64,000 nt of DNA from the human T2T-CHM13v2.0 reference genome, Homo sapiens, in assembly GCA_009914755.4 (NCBI GenBank), contig CP068257.2, positions 37,632,001 to 37,696,000 of the forward strand. The letters run 5' to 3'. The position numbers were made by a program, and so were the translations under genes. Under the pieces are notes generated by a model. The model saw only the letters and a list, made by a program, of their open reading frames with translations, was not told where the DNA came from and did no database searches. Of the stretch, positions 48,972 through 64,000 are shown one piece after another. Every line of letters starts with the position of its first letter. Positions within the stretch are counted from its first letter, which is position 1.

Positions 48972-50936
48972 TTATTCAACATTTTACCAACTAGTATACT
49001 TTAACAGAAAAGCCCTGGAGGTTTATTAGACTATTTCTGAAGAAAAAGAAAATTAAGACATCTCAGATACAGCAGCAACAACAACTAACATTTGTGTAGC
49101 ACTTTACAATTCACAAAGTGCTTTCAACATACATTAGCTCATTGAATCCTCACAACAACCCTGTGAGGTAGGTATTTTTGCCAATTTACAAGTGAGGTAA
49201 CTGAGGCTCAAAGGTTCCAGGACCTTTAAAGAGATCCACAGCAAATGATTGGTAAAGATGGACCATAAAACCAGATCTTTTGACTCCAAGTCCCATTTAA
49301 TGCCAAGTGTTTATTTTTCAATGTAGAATTATATCATACAATACTAAAGATGAAAGGTCTTACAACTGATCCAACTTTTCAAAAATGGAAGCTTTTATAA
49401 GGAAAAAGTTCTTTGATTTATATGAAAATTCATGACTTGTTCAGTTTTAAAATTAATTTGGCCAATACTACCATGACTTTAGTCTCTATCTTTAGGAAGT
49501 ACCAATAAATTATATAGCTTTCCCTTCATTGTAGGATCACAGAAAATCCTCTACTGAAGAGCACATACGTAGGATCTGTGACTCTGAACACTAATTCAAA
49601 GTCCATCCCTCCTTGACCTACCAGCAAATGCACTAAGAAAAAAAAGTCTGCCCTCCTCTATAGGAGATAGCATCAGAACATAGGTTTGAAGCAGTCACAC
49701 TGTGCCAGAAATTAGTTTCTTCATAACTCAAAGAAGAAAGGGAAGGCATCATACTAAACCTCTACTGAGCCTCGGGTGCCCCAAACTAACAGACATATTG
49801 CATTTTACATGAATGGATTCATTACCACTATCATGACCAAAGAGCAGTTACAAGGCATCCTCCTGGGGTACCAGTACAAAACAAACAGAGAATATGCCCC
49901 TACCCTAGGGCAGCTTGCTGAAGACTCTTCTAAGGTCTGGCCAGTTCTAAATCACTGCTCATCACAAAACAACGACATGGAGCTTGACACAAGTAAAGAA
50001 AACAAAGGAAAACAGGCTACCAATTAACTACCATATAACCAGCTAAAATAGAATAATTACAAAGTGAATAGGGACACAGAAGAGGAAGAATATAAACAGT
50101 GTCCTGATTAGTGCCACAGGGTGACATGGCTAGAGCACTAAGAAACAACTAAAGCTAACAAACCAGTCTGGCACGGAACTAAGAGGGAGGGGTGTTCTTT
50201 CTCAGTTAAGCTTTATACTGGTGGTGCAGCTAAGAGTAGCATCACATCAGCAATAGCTCGTAATAAAAAATAATCATGGGATGAACTTGATGTATACTCA
50301 GCATCAGAAGAACCAACAATCTTTGCCCATTAGCAGTTTAGCCACATGTACACATATATTATATCACATACATATACTTAGTCTAAGTCATATATACCAA
50401 GCTAACAGAAAAAGAATAGCAATTTCAAACATTTTGCTAGCACATAACTTGGCAAAAAAATTAAATTAGTAAAAAAAGAACCATGCAATTTTACATTTGT
50501 GGTGCTTGTTTTCAAGCTGCTACCAAATTTAGAAAATCACTTCCCTTTATAACAAAGGGCTTTCAGAAGCTAAATATCAAATGAAATACCTCTAGCATTT
50601 AAAGAGTTTATTAGACACATACAATTACATTCAATGAAGTTATGAGTGAGCTACAAAATGGAAAATTAAGAACTCACATTGATAAAACCTCAAACAACAT
50701 CTCAGAATAAATTCAAGCTTTTTAGCTTAACATCTATATCTTTATCAACTTTTTAATGCAGAAGGACCCATTAAACACTTATGTAATAAAATTCAATGTT
50801 CTATGCTAAATGCAGAGAATTTTATAGTCCACAGCATGATTTATAGTTACATTATCACCTTTCTTCCACAATGCTTACATTACTTCACAATTATAATAAT
50901 TATTAGGCTATTAATACAAAGCAGAACACTTCTTCA

Positions 50937-51098
<162 letters not shown>

Positions 51099-51453
51099 CT
51101 AGTTGGAGAGCAAGTTTTAATGACAACAGCTTAATAATATCAAAAACTATTAAATACTTAGGGATAAGTCTGGCAAAATGTGAAAAACATACACTGAAAA
51201 CTGTAAAACATGCTGAGAGAAATTAAAGACGACTTAAATAAACAATAAGCTGATCTACAGATTTGAGCTACAGATTCAAACCTGTAACACTCAAAACTTC
51301 AGCAACATTTTTTTTTGTAGAAATTGACAATTTTGTTCTAAAATTTATATGCAAATGACCTGGAAAAGCACCTCTGAAAAAGAAAAAAGGTTGCAGAGCT
51401 AACAAAACTTAATCTCAAGACTTGAAATCAAGACTTTACTCAAAATTGCACTA

Positions 51454-51775
<322 letters not shown>

Positions 51776-52206
51776 TATATATATATGCTAACTGGCCTGT
51801 AAGTGAAGCATACATCTTTGAGAGAGATGTTAAGATATCAAAGATCCTATAAGACATCATTTAGTATCTAAATCATGGATAACTGGTTCTCAACAACATA
51901 CTAGGCAGTAAAAAACATTAATTCTTTCAGTAAGTACTGACAGCCTATTAGGTGCCAGGAGCCATAAGTGGATATACCTATGGATTACTATAGACAAATA
52001 TATGTCTGTTATAATTTTAAATGAAAAATAATCATTTATTTACTCCAACGTAAGAGATAAAAGATATTGCTCTCATCTCGACAATGAGAATAGGCTGGAT
52101 AAACTTTAAAAAATGTATAAACCCATCACAGCTGAAGAAACAAAGAAAAATCTACATTAACTAATCCCACAAAGTACAAGCTTTTCTGGGAACAGAAAAG
52201 GGACTC

Positions 52207-52510
52207 AGGCTGGGCACGGTGGCTCACGCTTGTAATCCCAACACTTTGGGAGGCCGAGGCAGGTGGATCACTAGAGGTCAAGAGCTCGAGACCAGCCTGG
52301 CGGAAATGGTGACATCCCATCTCTACTAAAAAAAAAAAACACAAAAATTAGCTGGGTGTGGTGGTAGGCGCCTGTAATCCCAGCTACTTAGGAGGCTGAG
52401 GTATGAAATCACTTGAACCTGGGAGGCGGAGGTTGCAGTGAACCAAGATCATGCTATAGCACTCCACAGCCTGGGCGACAAGAGTGAAACTCCATCTAAA
52501 AAAAATAAAG
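52207..52510 (+). mobile_element. Alu SINE
   Basis: ggctgggcacggtggctcacgcttgtaatcccaacactttgggaggccgaggcaggtgg ... ctccatctaaaaaaaataaag. Confidence 0.9.
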
Positions 52511-52599
52511 TTAAAGAAAAGGGACTCATAGCTGCTTACACCCCTAGCAGAGAGGCAGGAAGAACTGACCTCAGAAAAGAATAAGAAAAAACCACTCAA

Positions 52600-53330
52600 A
52601 CCTCTAACAAACTTAATGGCTACTTGTGGCCGGCATGACTGATTAGAATCCTAAGGCGCCTCAGTTACAGTGAGTCTGCACACCTACCACAATTTTTTCC
52701 CATAGGCCTTCACCAACTGCATAGGGCCCAAACACTAAAGCCAGGGCAGCCCTGGAAGAAATGCACTGTAGTGGCCCTCCTAAGGCTAGAGATAGGACAA
52801 CAGGGTGGAGAATGATCTCTTCTGACATGGAAAGCCTAGAGCAGGACGGCAAGGCAGAGCGAACTCTGTAGCAACCTAAAAAGTTGGCAGTCAGGTACAA
52901 AGTAGAAAAAGATCTCACAAAGTTTGGAAAGGTGGCAACTCCAGTGTAAAAAATAAGACATCTCAGAAATTTCATGAGGGCCAAATGTCAAACTCTGCTG
53001 GAAGGGAAAGTATTGATGCCACCCTCAAAGCATGGAAAGCCAGTGATTTACTGAATGTAACAAAGCTCAGAGATGATCAATTACAAATTAGATTGACCCT
53101 GTCTCACACACTAACTGCTTGAGAAAAGAGCACATCTTTACCAGAGGTAAATACATTACTGCAGCCTCTACTCTTTACACAAAAAGTTACAGCATACCTC
53201 AAAAAAATGATGAGATACACAACAAAGCTAGATATATGACCCATGGTCAAGAGGGGAAATGGTCAATAGAAGCAGACCTAGAGATGGCCCAGATGTTCAA
53301 AAATGCTTAGCTGTTATTTCTTCAAACTAC
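52600..53330. mobile_element. Unclassified old interspersed repeat (possibly LINE- or ERV-internal derived); not coding
   Basis: Unique-looking but gene-poor sequence carrying the ORF-track entry 52661..52984(-). Pieces such as ccatggtcaagaggggaaatggtcaatagaagcagacctagagatggcccagatg feel retroelement-derived. I cannot assign a family by eye. Confidence 0.3.
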
Positions 53331-53445
53331 TTCTCCCCTCTATCCTTTCCACTTGGGACTTTAATTACACATTAAACTATTTGATATCATACCACTTATT
53401 CAAAAAGCTCAGAGAACCCAAGAAAAATAAATGCAAAGAAAACCC

Positions 53446-53779
<334 letters not shown>

Positions 53780-54250
53780 TCAGACTTGTGAAATCCCCTC
53801 CTCATTTACTTCAGAAAACAGTAACATTGAGAGGATACTACTTCTATGATTAGGTTACAATTGTGACTTCTGTCTTGCTAAGACTCTACTGCCTCGTCAG
53901 CTTTCATCTTTTGATAACTCAAGCTATCACACTGGAAAGACCAAAAGGGCGAGGAACTGAGAGTGGCCAATAGTCAGGTAGAAACTGAGGCCTCAGTCAA
54001 ACAACCCTCCAGGAACCGAATCCTGCCAAAACTACATGAGCTTGGAAGCCTATTCCTCCCGTCAAGCCTTCAGCTAAAACCCCAGTTCTGCCAATATTTT
54101 GACTGCACCTTCAGAGAAAAGGAGACAGGGAACCCATCTGAGCTGTGTCTGGACCGCTGACTTACAGAAACTGGCAGATAACAACAAATTAGTGTAGTTT
54201 TAAGCTGCTAAATTTTGGGGTAATTTGTTATACAGCAATAGATCATGACT
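53780..54250 (+). mobile_element. MaLR-family LTR (MLT1-like) 3' portion
   Basis: The terminal motif ..gacttacagaaactggcagataacaacaaattagtgtagttttaagctgctaaattttggggtaatttgttatacagcaatagatc parallels the MaLR LTR 3' end (..agaactgtgagaaataaatttctgttgtttataagccacccagtctatggtattttgttatagcagcc). Assigned from memory of the consensus. Confidence 0.5.
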
Positions 54251-54487
54251 ACAGGACAACATAGTAAAACTGCTGAAAATCAAAGACAAAATAAAAATCC
54301 TAAAAGCAACCAGACCAAAAACAACATTATTTTCAAAGGAGCAATAAGACTGCTAAATTTCCAACATTAGGAAGGCATAAGGCAGTAGAACATCTTTACT
54401 GTGCCGGAAAAAAAAAAAAAAAGGACTATGAATCAGAATTCCATAGCTACTGAAGTCACTGTCAACAAACCTTTGTTAAAAAGCTTT

Positions 54488-54807
<320 letters not shown>

Positions 54808-54984
54808 TAAAAGAAATAACAAAATAAGTTCTGCAGACAGAAGAAAAATTACCACAAATAGGTCCCATGGAAGTGGAGGAAAAAATTTAAAATACCAGAA
54901 AAGATGTATAGGTAGGTAAGCAAGTGATTATTGACTTTAAAACAACAGTAACAACATCTTGAAACTTTTATAATATGTGGTAAG

Positions 54985-55287
54985 GCCGGGCTGAGAGCAG
55001 TGGCTCAGACTTGTAATCTCAGCACTTTGGAAAGCTGAAGTGGGCAGATCACCTGAGGTCAGGAGTTCAAGACCAGCCTGGCTAACATGGTGAAACCCCA
55101 CCTCTACTAAAAATACAAAAATTAGCCAGGCATGGTGGCACATGCTTGTAATCCCAGCTACTTGGGAGGCTGAGGCACAAGAATCACGAATCTGGGAGGT
55201 AAAAGTTGCAGTGAGCCAAGGTCACACCACTGCACTCACTCCTAGGTGACAGAGTGAGACTCCGTCTTAAAAAAAAAAAAAAAAAAG
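54985..55287 (+). mobile_element. Alu SINE (first of five same-orientation Alus between 54985 and 56680)
   Basis: ggccgggctgagagcagtggctcagacttgtaatctcagcactttggaaagctgaagtgggcag ... (A)n. Confidence 0.9.
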
Positions 55288-55291
55288 TAAG

Positions 55292-55578
55292 GCCAGGCAT
55301 GGTGGCTCATGCCTGTAATCCCAGCACTTTGGGAGGCCCAGACAGGCGGATCACTTGAGGCCAAGAGTTCAAGACCAGCCTGGGCAACATGGCAAAACCT
55401 CATCTCTACTAAAAATACAGAAAGTAGCTGGGTGTGGTGGCATGCTCCTGCAATTCCAGCTACTTGGGAGGCTGAGGCAGAGAACTGCTTGAACCCAGGA
55501 GACAAAGGTTGCAGTGAGCCGAGATCACACCACCACACTCCATCCTGCACAACAGAGACTCCGTCTCAAAAAAAAAGA
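55292..55578 (+). mobile_element. Alu SINE (abuts the previous element)
   Basis: ggccaggcatggtggctcatgcctgtaatcccagcactttgggaggcccagacaggcgg ... ctcaaaaaaaaag. Confidence 0.9.
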
Positions 55579-55750
55579 TTACTAGCTCAAAGCGACAGGA
55601 TGGTGACAACTAACAGTTATAACTTTATTTATTTGGGAAGTGGTAAAGGAACTAATGTAAAGTAATGTATATTGGTAATGTATATTGAAACCTCTAGGGA
55701 AACCACCAAAAGAATAATAAAAGGATATATAACTAAAAAGAAATAAAGAG

Positions 55751-56062
55751 GCCAGGTGCAGTGACTCACACCTGTAATCCCAGCACTTTGAGAGGCCAAG
55801 ACAGGTGGATCACTAATGGTCAGGAGTTCAAGACCAGCCTGGCAAATGTGGTGAAACCCCATTTGTACTAAAACTACAAAGATTAGCCGGGCATGGTAGC
55901 AGGTGACTGTAATCTCAGCTACTTGAGAGGCTGAGGCAGGAGAATCGCTTGAGCCCAGGAGGCAGAGGTTGCAGTAAGCCAAGATCACACAACTGCGCCC
56001 CAGCCTGGGCAACAGAGCGAGACTCCATCTCCAAAAAAAAAAAAAAAAAAAAATTATTAAAA
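55751..56062 (+). mobile_element. Alu SINE
   Basis: ggccaggtgcagtgactcacacctgtaatcccagcactttgagaggccaagacaggtgg ... ctccaaaaaaaaaaaaaaaaaaaa. Confidence 0.9.
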
Positions 56063-56084
56063 AAATGAAGAAAAGGAATAGTTA

Positions 56085-56745
<661 letters not shown>

Positions 56746-56844
56746 TTAATCAAAAAAAAAAAGTGAGAGAAAGAATAAAGAAAAAATGAGATAAAGAACA
56801 GGTAGACTTAAACCCAATTATGTTTAATTATGTTAAATACAAAT

Positions 56845-57148
56845 GAGCAAGGCACAGTGGCTCACACCTATAATCCCAGCACTTTGGGAAGCCAAGGCGG
56901 GAGGACTGCCTGAGTCCAAGAGTTCAAGATGAGCCTAGGCCATATAGTGAGACGTCTCTAGAAAAAAAAATTTTTTTTAATTAGCCGGCCATGATGGCAT
57001 ACACGTATAGACTCAGCTACTCAGGAGGCTGAGGCAGGAGGATCCCTTGAACCCAGGAGGTCAAAGCTGCAGTGTGCCATGATCATGCCACTGCACTCCA
57101 CCCTGGGCAACAAAGTGAGAACTTGTCTGGAAAACAAAAAAAAAAATA
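56845..57148 (+). mobile_element. Alu SINE
   Basis: gcaaggcacagtggctcacacctataatcccagcactttgggaagccaaggcgggagg ... cactccaccctgggcaacaaagtgagaacttgtctgg. Confidence 0.85.
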
Positions 57149-57149
57149 C

Positions 57150-57950
<801 letters not shown>

Positions 57951-57961
57951 GTAGCACAGCC

Positions 57962-58560
<599 letters not shown>

Positions 58561-58585
58561 AAGAATTGAGACTAGTTATCTTTAA

Positions 58586-58886
<301 letters not shown>

Positions 58887-59381
58887 TAGATATCTTTAAA
58901 TATCTAACCCTGCATTGGGCCTGTCAAATCCATGTTATTTAATTGTAATTTTCATGTATACGAGTGGTAAAGACAGAGGAGGAAGGAAATATAACTACAG
59001 AACTGAGCCTAAGAATTCGGAAGGACTAGGTTTGTAGAGGGGTTTATTTAAAGGGAAAGAGATTAAGAGACTTAATAATTGAATAATGTGTTACATTTTT
59101 GTGGGCCATTTTCTTTGACCGGAAAAAATACCAGAAGATCCTTATATTTAGTGTATCATTAGAAAACTCATTAAGATTTAAAGAAATATATTGGAGTAGT
59201 CCTTTTGTGTGAGGAACAGACTTAAAAGTTATTTATACTGAAATCAGAATTTGGTTTATTAGAATTGCAAGTAGTCATTTTTCTTAAACCTTCAAGTACA
59301 AATCTTATTTATAAATCCAGAAACAAATAGTTACTTTTATTCTTTGGTTACTGTTTAATTGATAATTGAAAATTTGTTTAT

Positions 59382-59668
<287 letters not shown>

Positions 59669-60520
59669 GTTATAATTGAAAATTTAATCATAAAATATTT
59701 TATACCACTTACACATTTAATCAAATTTCCTTGGGCATTTTTCACTACACTTAGAAGCGTACAGTTATTTTAATCACCTCAGCAGGGTTAACTTAGACAA
59801 ACCTAACCATGAATTTTCTAAGACTAAACTTGTAAATAGATTTCAAATTTATTTTGTAATTTTTTTTACTCTATCAAACAAATAAATGTAACTCAGTAAT
59901 TACAAAACTTGTTACTACATCAGAATATGTACTTGTATGAATATCAATGTATTATATGTATATATTTTATGTATATATGTTTGTATGTATATATTGCACA
60001 TATTATATGTATATATACTTGTGTGAATACATTTGTACTTTCCTTTTTCTTCATCTTCGCTTGTTAACCTTCCTGGGTTATGACTTAATTACCCAAACTG
60101 GGAGGAGACTGGTATTACCATTTTAAGTACTCTACAGGATTAAGGAATCAGGTTATGATAGAAGATTATAGGCTATGACTTGGAACTTGGGTGCACTGCC
60201 AGATACTTTAAGTCTTAGGCTGAGCCTTTTTTAATAGTAAAACCCCTTTAAAACAAAAACCTCTTTTACAATTTTGTATTTCCCACAAGTCTTGAAACTA
60301 ATCCCATTATCATTTAATTTTCACAGTGGAACTCTAAAAGACCCTTCCATCCTGAGGGTAGCTAATTTCTTTCCTCTATAGATTCTGTATTGTCATTGAC
60401 TATAGAGATCTATCATTCTATAGGTATTTCATTTGTAACTTGGGGACACTTAATGATCATGGTAGTGTGATTGATGAGTTACAGTCTAGCAATATAGCAG
60501 TGCAGGTAGAGACTAGAAAC

Positions 60521-60692
60521 TTGGGAGCTGGACACGGAGGCTCACACCTGTAAACCAAGGTTTTGTAAACTTTTTTTCTACAGATGAGGTGTTGCTTATG
60601 TTGCCCAGGCTGCTCTCAAACCCCTGGCACCAAGTGATCCTCCCACCTCAGACTCTCAAGTCTCTGTGTAGCCTTAGCCACCACACTTGGCT
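60521..60692. mobile_element. Rearranged partial Alu-like (FLAM/monomer) fragments
   Basis: gctggacacggaggctcacacctgtaaacc..., then the opposite-orientation ctacagatgaggtgttgcttatgttgcccaggctgctctcaaacccctggcaccaagtgatcctcccacctcag. Confidence 0.5.
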
Positions 60693-60695
60693 TCA

Positions 60696-61018
<323 letters not shown>

Positions 61019-61407
61019 CAAAAGTACCAAAAATACTCTTGCCCCCAAATACAGGTTGGAATAACAGCATGGTCACAAGTTTAAGATAAATTGTGGCTTT
61101 ACAAACACTAATACTAGAATCATCTAAAAAGCTTTTTAAAATACTGATGTCCAGTCCCACCACAAAGATTCTGATTTAACTGGTTTGGGGCATACTCTGG
61201 GCAACCAGATTTTATAAAGCTCCCCAGATGATTCTCATCTGAAGATGAAAACCACTAAGAAAAAGGAACAAGTTACCATCATAAGGAACAATAAGACAAA
61301 TACAGAATGTAAAACATTCTACAGGATAAATGATTTGGTCTCCAGTAAATCAATGGCATAGAAACAAGACTATTCAAGATAAAAAGAGATTTAAGATAAT
61401 CAGGGAA

Positions 61408-61991
<584 letters not shown>

Positions 61992-62061
61992 TCAGTCAAT
62001 GCATGTATGGACCTTTCTCAAGACCAAATCAAACTAATTGTAAAAAGACACCCAGGGAGGC

Positions 62062-62465
<404 letters not shown>

Positions 62466-62742
62466 TTAGAGATGAAATGTAGTGTCTGGAATCTGCCTTA
62501 AAACATTCCAACACATTAACCAGTGAAATGAATGGCTTTCTGGAATTTGCTTAAAAACAAGGCAGCAGACAATATGCAACATTCTCTGATAATCACTGAA
62601 GTTGGAAAATGGGCACCTAGTGGGTGGGTCATTTATTCTATTATTTTTGTTTGAAGATGTCCATTGATAGTTTCTTAAAACATATGTATACCTCAAACAG
62701 AAACCAAAGTAAATATAGCAAGTTAGTAACTTTCAAAATTCA

Positions 62743-63133
62743 AATTTGTTGGCCAGGCGCAGTGGCTCACGCCTGTAATCCCAGCACTTTGGGACACAGA
62801 GGCGGGCAGATCACCTGAAGTTAGGAGTTCAAGACCAGCCTGGCCAACATGGTGAAACCCCTTCTCCACTAAAAATATAAAAATTAGCCAGGTGCCTGTA
62901 ATCCCAGCACTTTGGGACACAGAGGCAGGCAGATCACCTGAAGTCAGGAGTTCGAGACCAGCCTGGCCAACAGGGTGAAACCCCATCTCTACTAAAAATA
63001 CAAAAATTAGCCAGGTGCCTGTAATCCCAGCTACTGAGGAGGCTGAGGCAGGAGGATCACTTGAACCCAGGAGGCAGAGGTTGCAGTGAGCCGAGGCTGC
63101 TCCTCAAAACAGACTGTCTCAAAAAAAAAAATA
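62743..63133 (+). mobile_element. Alu carrying a ~122-bp internal tandem duplication of its left arm
   Basis: ggccaggcgcagtggctcacg[cctgtaatcccagcactttgggacacagaggcgggcagatcacctgaagttaggagttcaagaccagcctggccaacatggtgaaaccccttctccactaaaaatataaaaattagccaggtg][cctgtaatcccagcactttgggacacagaggcaggcagatcacctgaagtcaggagttcgagaccagcctggccaacagggtgaaaccccatctctactaaaaatacaaaaattagccaggtg]cctgtaatcccagctactgaggagg.... Confidence 0.9.
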
Positions 63134-63213
63134 ATTATTATTCAAATTTGATGATATACAGGGGTGCATTACATTATTCTCATTTGTGTACATCTGAAAT
63201 ACTTCTTTTTTGT

Positions 63214-63366
63214 TGTTGCGTTTCGAGACAGGGTCTCGCTCACCTAGGCTGGAGCACAGTGGCTTGATCAGGGCTCACTACATCCTCAACCTCACTTTAG
63301 GCAGGTCTAGAACTCCTGGCCTCAAGCGTCCTGCCAAAGTGCTGGGATTACAGGTGTTAGCACCGC
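63214..63366 (-). mobile_element. Rearranged partial Alu
   Basis: tttcgagacagggtctcgctcacctaggctggagcacagtggcttgatcagggctcactacatcctcaacctc ... ccaaagtgctgggattacaggtgttagcaccgcagctggcc. Confidence 0.75.
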
Positions 63367-63702
63367 AGCTGGCCTGGAATACTTCTTAATAAGGTATTTT
63401 TAAAAGACTTTGAAAGTTTAGAAACGATACATATACCATTAACAAAAGAATAATTCTCTACACATGAGGCTCATCATCACTCAGTCCTGGGGGACTGGAG
63501 GGCAGAGAGGAAGGTAAAAAAAGAAAGGACACCCACCAGACAGACCAAATCAGGGAGGCAATGATAGATGCCATATGTCATAGCCAAATCACAGCCATAT
63601 TATCACAGAATTTAAGTGATTTTAAACAATAGTAAGTAGGGTTTTAAGCAATTCTACCAACAAAAGCCAAAAAATTTATATAAATTTTTTTTTTAAAAAA
63701 AA

Positions 63703-63972
63703 GAAACTAGGCCTTGCTCCATCTCCCAGGCTGGAGTGCAGTGGCAGGAGGATAGTTCAATGCAGCCTCAAACTCCCAGAGTCAAGTGATCCTTCCGCCT
63801 CAGCCTCCGAAATAGCTGGGACTACAGGCACGCACCACCACAGCCGCCTAATTTTCTGTTACTTATTCTTTGTGGAGACAAGAGTTGGTCTGAACTCCTG
63901 GCCTCAAGTGATCCTCCCACCTCGGCCTCCTAATGTGCTGAGATTGCAGCCATGAGCCACTGCACCCAGCCC
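63703..63972 (-). mobile_element. Alu SINE (old, diverged)
   Basis: aaactaggccttgctccatctcccaggctggagtgcagtggcagg ... cctcctaatgtgctgagattgcagccatgagccactgcacccagccc. Confidence 0.85.
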
Positions 63973-64000
63973 CTATAAATGTATTTTAAAAGTAACTTTT

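Noticed and set aside
52661-52984. 107-aa minus-strand ORF in apparently unique sequence upstream of the called exons
   Set aside because: It has no WD40 or BRWD1 N-terminal similarity (expected missing exon 2 peptide: [20 protein letters not shown]) and no flanking splice consensus. The surrounding 52600-53330 looks like an old retroelement remnant. I found no BRWD1 exon upstream of 51098 in this window, so the intron there is at least 13 kb.

Overview
This window is human (primate) genomic DNA, not a prokaryotic or accessory-element sequence. About 60 full or partial Alu SINEs (eyeball estimate: a quarter to a third of the bases) carry the conserved GGCCGGGCGCGGTGGCTCACGCCTGTAATCCCAGCACTTTGGGAGGC head and poly-A tail in both orientations. 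There are also L1 3'-end and ORF2 fragments, MaLR-type LTR fragments, a Tigger-like MITE with terminal inverted repeats, and several microsatellites. The six-frame ORF track is dominated by spurious ORFs read through Alus. On the minus strand I could reconstruct 17 consecutive coding exons with GT/AG boundaries and fully consistent codon phases. Joined, they give one continuous WD40-repeat protein from [14 protein letters not shown] through [20 protein letters not shown] to VRH, with no frame breaks. I recognise this as the N-terminal WD-repeat region of BRWD1 (bromodomain and WD repeat domain containing 1, human chr21q22.2, which lies on the minus strand of the reference). The exons are clearly paralogous to PHIP and BRWD3 but match BRWD1 residue for residue as far as I can recall. 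The exon numbers I give (about 3 to 19) are inferred, not verified. I see no CRISPR array, operon, rRNA, tRNA or CpG-island promoter. I do not find a previously undescribed system here. The window is an ordinary, well-annotated, Alu-rich intron/exon stretch of a known human gene. The observations worth a second look are structural: a zero-spacer inverted Alu pair next to an exon, a 41-nt micro-exon followed directly by a (UG)n run, weak splice sites, nested retrotransposon insertions with clean target-site duplications, a roughly 30-nt poly-G tract, and internal tandem duplications. All coordinates were hand-counted from the printed sequence, and the repeat coordinates are approximate (within a few bp, roughly +/-10).
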